From Dehalococcoidia bacterium (lineage in GTDB: Bacteria; Chloroflexota; Dehalococcoidia; Lucifugimonadales; UBA3495), in contig PBPE01000036.1 of NCBI GenBank assembly GCA_002724585.1, forward strand, positions 30,502 through 94,501: a DNA stretch of 64,000 bases, read 5' to 3'. This document shows, piece by piece, positions 53,756 to 63,699 of this stretch. The translations under genes and the position numbers were made by a program. The number at the start of each line of letters is the position of its first letter. Position 1 is the first letter of the stretch. The notes below the pieces were generated by a model. It searched no databases. It had not been told where the DNA came from and saw only the letters and a program-made list of their open reading frames with translations.

Positions 53756-56164
53756 GTGACAATTACTAGAAAAGAGTTAGAGTTCTCTACAGAGGAAATT
53801 AGAAATAAAATTAGAAATGCTCTCAAAGAATCTGGGATTGCTGATCAAGTCAATGAGAGATCTAATGAGCTGACGGAAAATTCCAAGGTGGTTTTACAGA
53901 GGAGATACCTGTCAAAAGATAGAGAGGGTAATATCCTTGAAGACCCCGATGGGATGTTTCGTAGAGTAGCGTCTAACCTGTCGCAGGCCGATCTTAATTA
54001 CGGTGTCACAGAGATCCAAAGACGAGCTACTGAAGATGAATTCTATGATGTTATGACACGTCTGGAATTTTTACCAAACTCACCAACGTTGATGAATGCT
54101 GGTCGTGAATTGCAGCAGTTGTCTGCCTGTTTTGTGTTACCAGTTGACGATTCATTGAGTTCTATTTTCTCTCGCGTAAAGGAAACGGCTTTAATTCATA
54201 AAAGTGGTGGAGGTACTGGCTTCGCGTTCTCGCGGCTTAGGCCGGAGGGCGATGTGGTTGGGTCTACTGGTGGAGTTGCGTCAGGTCCTGTGAGTTTTAT
54301 AAATGCTTTCGATGCTGCGACGGACGTTGTGAAACAAGGCGGGACACGTCGTGGAGCAAATATGGGGATATTGAAGGTGACCCATCCAGATATATTGAAG
54401 TTTATTACGGCGAAAGAGGATGGTACCAAATTAACTAATTTTAATATCTCTGTGGCTGTAACCGAAGATTTTATGGAGAAAGTTAAGAATAATGAGATGT
54501 TTGATCTAATAAACCCGCGAGGAGGGGAGATTGCGGGTCAGCTCAATGCTCGTGAAGTGTTTGAACAAATGGTTCAGTTAGCATGGAAAACTGGCGATCC
54601 AGGTATTGTTTTTCTAGATCGTATTAATCGAGATAACCCCAATCCTCAACTCGGGGAGATAGAATCAACGAATCCTTGTGGAGAACAACCATTGCTTCCC
54701 TACGAGTCTTGCAACCTAGGGTCGATTAATCTGGCCCGTATGGTCACGTTTACTGATGATGACGTGGTTATGGATTGGGATAGGCTCGCAAGGGTAACTC
54801 ACACAGCGGTACATCTGCTAGATAATGTTATAGACATGAACCAATATCCAATCGCTGAGATAGCGGATATGAGTCGAACTACGAGGCGTATTGGAGTCGG
54901 AGTCATGGGGTGGTCAGATTTGTTGGTTGAACTGGGAATAAGATACGATTCTCAAGAGGCATTAGACCTGGCCGAACAAGTCATGAAGTATATACAAGAA
55001 GAGAGCTATAAAGCTTCAGGACATCTAGTAGATTCAAGAGGGACATTCCCTTCATGGGAGGGTAGTGCGTACAATAATAGTTCAAGTAGTCAGAAGATGA
55101 GGAACTCTGCACCGGTAACTATAGCGCCTACAGGAACAATCAGCATAATTGCTGGAGCTTCCAGCGGAATTGAGCCTTTATTCGCTTTGTCATACGTCCG
55201 CAACGTGATGGATAGGACTAAACTAGTAGAAGGTAATCCGTATTTTGAAGCGATAGCCAAAGCCGAAGGGTTTTATTCTGATATCCTGATGCAACAGTTA
55301 GCAGAATCGGGTAGTCTGGAACATCTAGAAGTCCCTGAGTGGGTTAAAGAATTATTTAGAGTCTCTCATGATATAAATCCAGAATGGCATGTTCGGATGC
55401 AGGCGGCATTCCAAAAACATACAGATAATTCTGTCTCAAAGACAATTAATTTTCCGCATGATGCGACCATAGACGATGTTCGCCAAGCGTATATGCTAGC
55501 GTATGAAACCAATTGTAAGGGTATAACTGTATATAGAGATGGTAGCAAATCTGAGCAAGTATTGAGCACAGGTGATACTTCTAAGCATTCTGCTGATGCT
55601 AAAGAGAACGTAGATATATCAGAAATACCGTACTATAGAGTACCAAGGGAGAGACCTAGGGAAATAAGAGGCGTTACTGAGCGTGTTCGTACCGGCCACG
55701 GCAATATGTACATTACTATTAATTTCGATGAAGAGCAGTTGCCGTTCGAAGTGTTTAGCACTTTAGGTAAGGCGGGAGGGTGTGATTCTGCGCAATTAGA
55801 AGCAATATCTCGTCTCGTGACGCTAGCTCTGAGGTCTGGCGTAGATCCCCAGGAGATAGTTAGTCATCTGAGAGGAATTACTTGTTGTCCTGCTTGGGAT
55901 GAAGGGACTTTAGTTCGTTCAGCTCCTGACGCAGTGGCGCTCGCTGTGGAAAGGCATTTGGGACAAAATGGACATGGTTCTAATAGGTTGCCTACAGCGG
56001 AGCCTGTTGCAACACAGCTAGGTTTCACAACAGAAACCGACGATGCGATTAGTGTGGTTTACGAAGGTGGCAGGAGATGCCCTGACTGTAATGGTCCAGT
56101 AATGTTCCAGGAAGGTTGTGTAAAATGCGTAGACGGATTTTGTGCATGGAGCAAATGTGATTAA
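53756..56164 (+). CDS. nrdJ: Class II (adenosylcobalamin-dependent) ribonucleotide reductase NrdJ
   Basis: LPNSPTLMNAG, ACFVLPV, the STNPCGEQPL catalytic Cys loop, TISIIAGASSGIEP and a C-terminal Cys-rich tail (CPDCNG...CVKC). The GTG at 53756 is preceded by GAGGGGGG. The longer TTG at 53738 would overlap that SD. Confidence 0.92.
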   Translation: MTITRKELEFSTEEIRNKIRNALKESGIADQVNERSNELTENSKVVLQRRYLSKDREGNILEDPDGMFRRVASNLSQADLNYGVTEIQRRATEDEFYDVMTRLEFLPNSPTLMNAGRELQQLSACFVLPVDDSLSSIFSRVKETALIHKSGGGTGFAFSRLRPEGDVVGSTGGVASGPVSFINAFDAATDVVKQGGTRRGANMGILKVTHPDILKFITAKEDGTKLTNFNISVAVTEDFMEKVKNNEMFDLINPRGGEIAGQLNAREVFEQMVQLAWKTGDPGIVFLDRINRDNPNPQLGEIESTNPCGEQPLLPYESCNLGSINLARMVTFTDDDVVMDWDRLARVTHTAVHLLDNVIDMNQYPIAEIADMSRTTRRIGVGVMGWSDLLVELGIRYDSQEALDLAEQVMKYIQEESYKASGHLVDSRGTFPSWEGSAYNNSSSSQKMRNSAPVTIAPTGTISIIAGASSGIEPLFALSYVRNVMDRTKLVEGNPYFEAIAKAEGFYSDILMQQLAESGSLEHLEVPEWVKELFRVSHDINPEWHVRMQAAFQKHTDNSVSKTINFPHDATIDDVRQAYMLAYETNCKGITVYRDGSKSEQVLSTGDTSKHSADAKENVDISEIPYYRVPRERPREIRGVTERVRTGHGNMYITINFDEEQLPFEVFSTLGKAGGCDSAQLEAISRLVTLALRSGVDPQEIVSHLRGITCCPAWDEGTLVRSAPDAVALAVERHLGQNGHGSNRLPTAEPVATQLGFTTETDDAISVVYEGGRRCPDCNGPVMFQEGCVKCVDGFCAWSKCD

Positions 56165-56224
56165 CTATGCTTAGGTCTGGATCTATGCACATAGCATCGG
56201 TTAGAGTCCTTGTTAGGTATACAT

Positions 56225-57235
56225 ATGGTTGATAAGCCTGCTATAGCCATAACAATGGGAGACCCTTGTGGAATCGGGCCAGAAGTAGTTGTAAAGGCTT
56301 TATCTGACCGTAACGTTTATTCCACTTGTCGTCCTATCGTAATAGGTAATGTTATTGCTATGGAAGCGGCAGTTCGTAGCTCTCAGAGTTCAATGACAAT
56401 TGTGGAGCCAACTGACTTAACTATAGCTGGGTCCGACAGTTCATCTATAGACGTTGTAGACATACATAATTTAAATCCAGAGGATATTACTATAGGCCAA
56501 ATAAGTATCCCCTGTGGGAAAGCTGCAATGGAATGGGTTACTAAAGCTGGAGAGATGGCTTTATCTGGCCTTATTGATGGCATAGCCACTGCACCACTGA
56601 ATAAAGAAGCAGCAAGTTTGGCTGGATATCAATCTATTGGTCATATGGAGCTTCTACAGGAATTATCTGGATCTAAAACTGTCGCTACTATGCTCCTTGC
56701 AAAAAACTTGAGGGTTGTGCACTTGACTACACATAGGTCCTTGAAGCTAGCATGCGATTACGTTAAAAAAGATAGGATATTAGAGTTTCTAGACTTAACG
56801 GATCAGAGCTTCAAGAAATGGGGTTTCCTAGATCCTAGGATAGCTGTTGCTGCGTTGAATCCTCATGGTAGTGACGGAGGACTCCTCGGTAACGAAGAGG
56901 CAGAAGAGATTGCCCCTGCAGTAGAACAAGCACGTAGCAAAGGGATCAATGCGACTGGTCCGGTTCCCGCTGATATTGTTTTCCATCAGGCGATTAATGG
57001 TCAATATGACACCGTTTTGTGCATGTACCATGACCAAGGCCATATACCGGTAAAAGTGTATGGTTTTGAGGAAAGCATCACTGCTAATCTAGGATTGCCC
57101 TTTGTTAGAACATCCGTAGATCATGGCACAGCCTTTGATATAGCCGGAAAGGGAGTTGCTGATCATACCAGCATGTTGGAGGCGATAAGATTGGCTGTTG
57201 GTTTATCGCTTGGTAATGGGCTATCCGATTTTTGA
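56225..57235 (+). CDS. pdxA: PdxA family 4-hydroxythreonine-4-phosphate dehydrogenase
   Basis: MVDKPAIAITMGDPCGIGPEVV aligns to the PdxA N-terminus, and MYHDQGHIPVK holds the metal-binding His residues. The ATG at 56225 is preferred over the TTG at 56210. Confidence 0.88.
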   Translation: MVDKPAIAITMGDPCGIGPEVVVKALSDRNVYSTCRPIVIGNVIAMEAAVRSSQSSMTIVEPTDLTIAGSDSSSIDVVDIHNLNPEDITIGQISIPCGKAAMEWVTKAGEMALSGLIDGIATAPLNKEAASLAGYQSIGHMELLQELSGSKTVATMLLAKNLRVVHLTTHRSLKLACDYVKKDRILEFLDLTDQSFKKWGFLDPRIAVAALNPHGSDGGLLGNEEAEEIAPAVEQARSKGINATGPVPADIVFHQAINGQYDTVLCMYHDQGHIPVKVYGFEESITANLGLPFVRTSVDHGTAFDIAGKGVADHTSMLEAIRLAVGLSLGNGLSDF

Positions 57236-57373
57236 CCTCTCCATACAACAGTTCGTAGTAAAAATGCATACTAGTACATTGGATTAGCCTATAATGTGTA
57301 CTGATTCTGTGCCAATATTTGATCGTCTATTCATTTTATTATTTTAATTACTTTTTAAAGCTGTGTAGTGTAA

Positions 57374-57382
57374 TGCTATAAT
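57374..57382 (+). promoter_or_regulatory. Candidate extended -10 promoter element for proC-yggT
   Basis: TGcTATAAT (a perfect -10 with a TG extension) lies about 28 nt upstream of the proC ATG. This is a sequence match only. Confidence 0.35.
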
Positions 57383-57409
57383 CTTCTAAACGAAAAGTAG
57401 GCTGTTAAC

Positions 57410-58213
57410 ATGAGACTTTCTTTCATAGGCGGCGGCACGATGGCCGAAGCTATAATAGGGGGCATACTGGAAGCCCAGATTGCTGTGCCCAAAGAGATAT
57501 GGGTTGGCGAAGTTGTCAAATCCCGGCGAGAGTATTTATCCAGCACGTATGGCATCAATGCCATCGATAATAATATTGAAGCTATCAACGAATCGGAACT
57601 GATAGTTCTGTCTATTAAGCCTCAAGATGTATCATCTGTATCTCAGGTGATACAAAACAGGATTTCTAATCATCAGACTGTAGTTTCTATTATCGCAGGT
57701 GCTACGATCAATACGTTGATGGAGTCTACGGGTCATAGCAAAATAATAAGAATCATGCCCAATACTCCTGCTCAGATTGGCAGCGGAATGAGTGTATGGA
57801 CGGCTTCAGATGACGTGGATGCTTCTCATATAGAATTGACCAAGACGATCTTGTCTACTATTGGCGAAGAAATTTATGTTTATGAAGAAAAATATCTTGA
57901 TATGTCCACTGGACTTAGTGCTAGTGGTCCAGCTTATGTATTTCTGATTATAGAAGCTTTGATTGACGCTGGCGTTTATGTGGGATTGCCTAGAGATATG
58001 GCTAGGAAACTAGCCTTGCAAACTGTGTACGGAAGCGCGAAATTGGTGATGGAGACGGGCAGGCATCCAGGAGAGCTCAAGGATATGGTCGTGTCTCCTG
58101 GAGGTACTACCGCCGAAGGTGTTCAGGTACTGGAAAAATATTCTGTACCTGCTGCGTTAGTGGAAGCGGTGAATAGTGCGTATTTGAAGTCTATAAGGCT
58201 GGGAGAAAAGTAA
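57410..58213 (+). CDS. proC: Pyrroline-5-carboxylate reductase
   Basis: 267 aa with the FIGGGTMAEAI Rossmann motif, MPNTPAQIGSGMS and SPGGTTAEG. Confidence 0.93.
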   Translation: MRLSFIGGGTMAEAIIGGILEAQIAVPKEIWVGEVVKSRREYLSSTYGINAIDNNIEAINESELIVLSIKPQDVSSVSQVIQNRISNHQTVVSIIAGATINTLMESTGHSKIIRIMPNTPAQIGSGMSVWTASDDVDASHIELTKTILSTIGEEIYVYEEKYLDMSTGLSASGPAYVFLIIEALIDAGVYVGLPRDMARKLALQTVYGSAKLVMETGRHPGELKDMVVSPGGTTAEGVQVLEKYSVPAALVEAVNSAYLKSIRLGEK

Positions 58214-58219
58214 ATTCTA

Positions 58220-58492
58220 ATGGGCCTAATTCAACTCATTCATTTTGTATTCACTATGTTTTATTTGGCCATATTGGGACGCATTATATTGTCATTTATC
58301 ATTCCCATGATGGGTGGTCGTCCTAATCCAATTTTAATTAATATATACGATATATTGGCGCAGATTACAGAACCTATACTAGGCCCTGTACGCAAGATTA
58401 TACCCACCGTGGGAATGTTGGATTTTAGCCCATTGGTCGTAATAATAGTGCTCCAAATTATTCACGAAGTTTTAGTAGTTGCCTTGTCGTAG
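58220..58492 (+). CDS. yggT: YggT family membrane protein
   Basis: 90 aa with two TM helices (ILSFI...PIL.PVRKIIP...G.LDFSPLV pattern). The conserved proC-yggT linkage is present. Confidence 0.8.
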   Translation: MGLIQLIHFVFTMFYLAILGRIILSFIIPMMGGRPNPILINIYDILAQITEPILGPVRKIIPTVGMLDFSPLVVIIVLQIIHEVLVVALS

Positions 58493-58544
58493 AATGTTGG
58501 AGCGGTTCTGTTAATGGTCGCATTCTGATATGGATTCTTGATAA

Positions 58545-59150
58545 ATGGGAAATTCAGATAGTGATCAAGATATTAAGATTGGTTTTTCAGCCGTAGATAT
58601 CGGGGATTCACCTAATGGTGCTTATTTGATCATTCTGTCGGGCCTGCCAGGGACCGGTAAGTCTTATTTTGCTAAACAGCTTAGCGATGTGGTCCCCTGT
58701 GTTGTAGTGAGTAGTGATCGTGTACGAAAAGCTTTGTTCGTATATCCCAAATACACACGAAACGAGCACGCTAGAGTTTTCTCCGTCTGTCATTCGATTA
58801 TCAAGAGTTTACTTGTACAATCTTATAAAGTTGTGTTTGACGCTACTAACTTGAATGAGGAATTCAGAAGGCCATTATACAAAATAGCGGATGAAGTGGG
58901 ATGTCAGTTTACAATTGTGGCTGTATCCTCGGATATCGATATTGTCACAGAAAGGCTGCGTTTGCGGATGGAAACAGAGAATCCTGCAGATTATTCAGAT
59001 GCAGATATCAATGTATATAATTTTTTGCGCATAGGCAGGCAATCGATACTTGAACCGCACATTTGTATGATATCTCCTGTAGATAATTCTCATGTGTTGA
59101 AAGAAATATGTAATCGGATCGAACGAGCCGGTTCCTTGCCTGATATTTAG
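58545..59150 (+). CDS. P-loop kinase-like ATP-binding protein (AAA_33 / zeta-toxin-like fold)
   Basis: 201 aa with Walker A LSGLPGTGKS and Walker-B-like VVFDATN. The substrate cannot be inferred. Confidence 0.65.
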   Translation: MGNSDSDQDIKIGFSAVDIGDSPNGAYLIILSGLPGTGKSYFAKQLSDVVPCVVVSSDRVRKALFVYPKYTRNEHARVFSVCHSIIKSLLVQSYKVVFDATNLNEEFRRPLYKIADEVGCQFTIVAVSSDIDIVTERLRLRMETENPADYSDADINVYNFLRIGRQSILEPHICMISPVDNSHVLKEICNRIERAGSLPDI

Positions 59151-59166
59151 CGAGAGAAAGTCTTAG

Positions 59167-59175
59167 TGGTATAAT
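59167..59175 (+). promoter_or_regulatory. Candidate extended -10 promoter element
   Basis: TGgTATAAT (a perfect -10 with a TG extension) lies about 43 nt upstream of the ATG at 59218. This is a sequence match only. Confidence 0.35.
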
Positions 59176-59217
59176 CGTCAGCATTATTGTCAAAGAGAAT
59201 ATCTGGAGGTGTTTACC

Positions 59218-59715
59218 ATGCCACAGACAACAGGCCTTGGACACGTTGGAATCCATGTGAATGACATGGCTAAGATGCGTGATTTCTATACTAGGGTGAT
59301 AGGACTACAGGTTTCTGATGAAGATCTGGAAGGAGCGTATAGAAACGGTTTGGGTATGTGCTTCCTCAGTTCTGACCCAGTAGCAGAGCACCATGAGTTT
59401 GTATTAGTTGAAGGTAGATTGTCCGAAGACGATACTCAGTTGGTGCAGCAAATGTCTTTTAAAGTTCCTGCTATACAGGACCTTAGAGACTATAAGAGAC
59501 TTATTGAACAAGAAAATCTCAAGATAGACAGAATAGTAAGTCATGGAAACGCTTTTGGGATGTACTTTTTTGATCCAGAAGGGAATAGGGTGGAATTATA
59601 TTACAGAACTGGATTGCCTGTTCCGCAACCCCATGGAGATCCTATAGATTTGAGCAGATCAGATGAAGATCTTTTAGCGGACGCAAGGGAAGTTCTTATC
59701 TCTAAAACACGATAA
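59218..59715 (+). CDS. VOC (glyoxalase/bleomycin-resistance/extradiol dioxygenase) family protein
   Basis: MPQTTGLGHVGIHVNDM... start and beta-alpha-beta-beta-beta modules with H/E metal ligands (HHEF, FFDPEGNRVE). The ATG at 59218 has a GGAGG SD 8 nt upstream. The track's GTG at 59209 lies inside that SD. Confidence 0.8.
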   Translation: MPQTTGLGHVGIHVNDMAKMRDFYTRVIGLQVSDEDLEGAYRNGLGMCFLSSDPVAEHHEFVLVEGRLSEDDTQLVQQMSFKVPAIQDLRDYKRLIEQENLKIDRIVSHGNAFGMYFFDPEGNRVELYYRTGLPVPQPHGDPIDLSRSDEDLLADAREVLISKTR

Positions 59716-59807
59716 TTTAGAGCAGGTTTTTGTTATACATTCATGTCGTTCACTGCGATACGTAATATATATCAGGTTATGATGTCTTAATCGCATGAGT
59801 AAATAAA

Positions 59808-61079
59808 TTGAAAACTCGTGCTAATGCTGTCAAATATTCAGATATGCCTCCAAGGTATCATTATTGGAAATGGCGCGTCCTATTGGTCTTTGCATTCTTC
59901 TATCTGTTCGCCTATTTTGGCAGATTTAATTTTTGGCCGATCTCACCGCTTGTCAAAGACGATCTAGATTTTACCTATATTCAGATAGGACTGGTGAATG
60001 TCTGTTTGCTTTGGGGATTTGGCCTAGGCGATATATTACACGGCCGAGCATCAGAGTATTATGGCTTTCGCGTGTGGATTGTTTTTGGAGCTATAACTAC
60101 TACCGTATTCAACCTTATAGCTAGCCTTGGAACTTCAATTTGGACTATAGCTGTTCCTTATGGTATTGCGGGGTTTTGCAATGCAGCTTGTTGGGCTCCA
60201 GGAATTAGCATGATTGCTCAATGGTGGCCTCGAAAAGACCGTGGATTAGCCCTTGGTATTGTTGGTACTGCATCGGGTGGTTCGATGCTATTAATGTGGT
60301 GGGTAGTTGGATATGTAGGGATTGAATTTGGTTGGAGGGCAGCTTTTAGATATCCTCCGATAATAGTTTTGATACTTGGTGTTGTTCTATACTTTTTAGT
60401 TAGGGATCGCCCTGCGCATGTAGACATGGATGAATATATTGAGGAAGATCCTGTATCTTCTACACCGGAAATATCGGTGCCTGTTCGATCCACTAAATTA
60501 GGGCCCTACAAGCTATTGCTCAAAGACCCTAAATTTCATTTGGCAAGTCATGTTAAGGGACTTGAGAATGTAGTGAAATACGGGCTCACTACCTGGATTC
60601 CGCTCTATTATTTCGAGGTCGGTAAACATTCCATTGAATCTACAGTATTACTAACTGCTATTCTTCCAATGGGATATTTAATAGCACCCCTGATCTCCGG
60701 TTTAATTTCCGATAGATTGCTGAATAGCAATAGACGACCGATGGTAATCACGTCTTGTGTCATAAGTGCTGGAGTTTTGTTTCTAGTGGCTATTGTACCG
60801 CCATATTCATCATATATTGGAGCACTACTTCTGTTACTTGGCGGCCTCAGTATTGGATTGTCACCTATGTCTACTCTTGCTGTCGATATAGCCGGCAGAG
60901 ATATGGCTGCAACTTCTTCCGGATTGTTAGATGCTCATGGTTACGCCTACGCTGGCCTTCAAGCATTACTTTTTAGTATTATCCTGGACATGACAGGTAG
61001 TCCCTGGAATATCGTGTTTATTTGTATGGCATTGGTAAGAGTATTATCAGTAGTGATGATATATAAGGTGCGTGTTTAA
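59808..61079 (+). CDS. Major facilitator superfamily transporter
   Basis: 423 aa with about 12 predicted hydrophobic helices and the MFS loop motif WWPRKDRGLALG (after TM2/3). The start is uncertain (TTG at 59808 or ATG at 59844). Confidence 0.85.
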   Translation: MKTRANAVKYSDMPPRYHYWKWRVLLVFAFFYLFAYFGRFNFWPISPLVKDDLDFTYIQIGLVNVCLLWGFGLGDILHGRASEYYGFRVWIVFGAITTTVFNLIASLGTSIWTIAVPYGIAGFCNAACWAPGISMIAQWWPRKDRGLALGIVGTASGGSMLLMWWVVGYVGIEFGWRAAFRYPPIIVLILGVVLYFLVRDRPAHVDMDEYIEEDPVSSTPEISVPVRSTKLGPYKLLLKDPKFHLASHVKGLENVVKYGLTTWIPLYYFEVGKHSIESTVLLTAILPMGYLIAPLISGLISDRLLNSNRRPMVITSCVISAGVLFLVAIVPPYSSYIGALLLLLGGLSIGLSPMSTLAVDIAGRDMAATSSGLLDAHGYAYAGLQALLFSIILDMTGSPWNIVFICMALVRVLSVVMIYKVRV

Positions 61080-62270
61080 TTGAGCGGAATTTCCACTATA
61101 TTAAAAGTGAGCATTTCTTGGGTTGAACGTTTATCTATGACGACTACTATAACCTTCTTTATAGTGTTCTTAATTCTGATTGTTATTGTTGGTACAGTGA
61201 TAAGTCCTCAGGGCAGAGCTGTGATCCACACCAGCTTATTTGTGTCTCAAATCTTGGACCTTCCGATTAAACCACAAACTTGGTTTATTGATACACCAAT
61301 CAGACAAAAGGTGATATACCCTGGTCCCCACACGGAACTGGTTTCAGATGTCTATTCTTTATCCGACGGAGAGAGTCGGCCTGGGATTTTATTGTTTTTA
61401 GGGGCTAACGCCGCGGGCAGAGACGATCCGGACGTGATCCGTCTAGGGCAAGCGCTAGCGCGATCAGGTTTTATTGTGATGTTTCATTGGTCTCAATCTA
61501 TGGGAGAGCAGAATGAGCTAGATCCTAGTGAGATAGAAAATCTGGTCTGGGCTTTTCAACATTTGATTGCTCAACCTAAGGTAGTGGATTCAAAAACAGG
61601 TATAGGTGGTTTCTCAGTTGGAGGATCTTTCGCTCTGATTGCTGCCAGCGATAGTAGAATACGAGATAACATAGCGTTCGTTAATTCTTTCGGCGGTTAT
61701 TTCGACGCGCATGACTTATTTTTGCAAATAGCAACTCGGTCAATTATTGATAGCAATACCCAAATTGATTGGCAAGTAGATCCCTTGACACTAAGGGTGT
61801 TTTCAAATGAGGTTATCGGGTCGTTGACTAGTGATGTCGACAAAGAACTCTTAAAAGGGTTATATAGTGGTCGAATCACTGCTGAGTATAGTGAGCTTGC
61901 TAAATTATCGCCACAAGCTTTAAAAGTTAAAGGGTTAATTGATGGGGAAGATTTAGAGGCGGCTCGTAAATTAATGGCTGAGTTACCTCAAGAGGTTCTT
62001 ATGGACTTAGACAGTATTTCTCCTAGAAATCACGTTCATAATATTAAAGCTGAAGTTTTGATTATACATGACGTAGCTGATCTGCTTATACCAGTCAGCG
62101 AGTCCAGGAAATTGGCATCTGCTTTTGAAGGCAATGCTAACTTTAAGTATACTGAAACTGATCTATTTGATCATGTTCGACCTACAAAAGACCGCAATTG
62201 GCGTAAGACGCTAATTGGTGGTTTCAAAGTTTACAAGCATATGTATCGCATCATCAGGTTTGCAATGTAG
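61080..62270 (+). CDS. Membrane-anchored alpha/beta-hydrolase-fold protein
   Basis: It has an N-terminal TM helix and the nucleophile elbow GGFSVGGS (GxSxG). Late Asp and His candidates are IHDVAD and DLFDH. The start abuts the MFS stop codon. Confidence 0.65.
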   Translation: MSGISTILKVSISWVERLSMTTTITFFIVFLILIVIVGTVISPQGRAVIHTSLFVSQILDLPIKPQTWFIDTPIRQKVIYPGPHTELVSDVYSLSDGESRPGILLFLGANAAGRDDPDVIRLGQALARSGFIVMFHWSQSMGEQNELDPSEIENLVWAFQHLIAQPKVVDSKTGIGGFSVGGSFALIAASDSRIRDNIAFVNSFGGYFDAHDLFLQIATRSIIDSNTQIDWQVDPLTLRVFSNEVIGSLTSDVDKELLKGLYSGRITAEYSELAKLSPQALKVKGLIDGEDLEAARKLMAELPQEVLMDLDSISPRNHVHNIKAEVLIIHDVADLLIPVSESRKLASAFEGNANFKYTETDLFDHVRPTKDRNWRKTLIGGFKVYKHMYRIIRFAM

Positions 62271-62277
62271 GCAAAAG

Positions 62278-62673
62278 TTAGTTTCTATGACGAGCTTGTT
62301 GCAGTTTTTGTACGGTCCCTGGTACTCTCCAATCAACATACACTAGCACATGTTCTTTTATCGCCTCTTCGTGTACTCGGCACATCGCGCAGGCTTTGTC
62401 TATACACAAACCATGCTTAGGTATTAAATTTCTGCCTATATCCGCTAGTTGGTTGATAATATCTTGACTGCTTGCTTGTGATTGGCGAACTGTGTCTAGT
62501 AAGTCATCCAACTGGCTAGATATTTTTTCCATGGTCTCATTGTATTTTCGTAGGTTTTCGGCTGCTACTGCTCGCATATCGGTCTGCTGTGCTGACCCAG
62601 AGTATTCGTATATATTTGGGTTCCAATGAAAGAATTCCTGTTCACACGATTCACATATGTGTCGATTGTCCAT
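62278..62673 (-). CDS. Hypothetical Cys-rich protein (131 aa)
   Basis: CESC at the N-terminus and C-x4-C-x2-C (CIDKACAMC) near the C-terminus, separated by a helical segment. It starts 4 nt after the DUF1385 stop. Confidence 0.45.
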   Translation of the reverse strand: MDNRHICESCEQEFFHWNPNIYEYSGSAQQTDMRAVAAENLRKYNETMEKISSQLDDLLDTVRQSQASSQDIINQLADIGRNLIPKHGLCIDKACAMCRVHEEAIKEHVLVYVDWRVPGTVQKLQQARHRN

Positions 62674-62677
62674 CTGG

Positions 62678-63580
62678 TCACCTCTCGTCTGGTTCAGTTT
62701 CGTCGGCTTTCATAGCTGTGTGTAATGCTGCTATGGCCACCTCGATTTGCTGATCATCGGGCTGACGTGTTGTTAATCGTTGTAATAGCAAACCGGGTCC
62801 GGAAATTATCTTCGATATTCCCCACGATTGATGAGTGCCACTAAATCTGATTAGTTCATAGCTTATTCCTGCGACTACCGGTATCAATAATAAGCGCGAT
62901 AGAATTCTCCATTCCAAATCGGGCCTTCCGAGAAATGCGAATACTATTATTGATACTAGTACTACAGTCAGTAGGAAGGCGGTTCCACATCTAGGATGAG
63001 GTGTGCCAAATTTGCGGACATTAACTACGTTTAATGGTAGTGAAGCTTCATGTGCGTGTACAGCCATGTGTTCAGCTCCGTGATATGCGAACACTCTTTT
63101 TATATCTTTAATTAAGCCAATGGCCGATATGTATGCTAATAATATTAATAGTCGTATTATTCCTTCAATAATATTGCTGGCTAAACTCGATGATATCCAT
63201 GGATCTATAAGATGTACTATGAGCAATGGTAGTACGAAAAACAAACCTATTCCGAAGCATAATGAGAACGCTACCGTTGTAGCTAATAACCAGGTAGGCA
63301 TCTCGTCTTCCGATGAGTTTATATCATTTTCTACAGCGAGCTGAGCTGAAATATTGAGCGCTGTGACTCCTATCACTAGAGCTTCTAATAGTATTATCAT
63401 TCCTCGGAGTATTGGTACTTTTCGCGCCGGTCCTGTAAACAGTTTAGGTAATGCTTGTGACCTCGTCGGTATAGTGTTATTAGGTGCTCTAACTGCAACA
63501 CTGAAATTATTCTGCCCACGGATCATTACTCCTTCTATAACTGCTTGCCCGCCGTATGTGAAACCTATGTTTTCTGGCAT
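62678..63580 (-). CDS. DUF1385 family membrane protein
   Basis: 300 aa. The N-terminal YGGQAVIEGVMIRG followed by YHGAEHM is the DUF1385 hallmark. Confidence 0.8.
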   Translation of the reverse strand: MPENIGFTYGGQAVIEGVMIRGQNNFSVAVRAPNNTIPTRSQALPKLFTGPARKVPILRGMIILLEALVIGVTALNISAQLAVENDINSSEDEMPTWLLATTVAFSLCFGIGLFFVLPLLIVHLIDPWISSSLASNIIEGIIRLLILLAYISAIGLIKDIKRVFAYHGAEHMAVHAHEASLPLNVVNVRKFGTPHPRCGTAFLLTVVLVSIIVFAFLGRPDLEWRILSRLLLIPVVAGISYELIRFSGTHQSWGISKIISGPGLLLQRLTTRQPDDQQIEVAIAALHTAMKADETEPDER

Positions 63581-63644
63581 GATTTACCTAGTTCAGTCAC
63601 TTTCCAGTATTGTTTACCAACACTCATTTATATCCGAGTATCTA

Positions 63645-63680
63645 AAAATAAAGTCGAGGATTTTTCCTCGACTTTATTTT
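63645..63680 (-). terminator. Intrinsic terminator after rpmE (16-bp perfect stem, 4-nt loop)
   Basis: aaaataaagtcgagga tttt tcctcgactttatttt. On the minus strand the stem ends in a T-run. Confidence 0.65.
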
Positions 63681-63699
63681 CTCTTTATGCGAATTTCCT

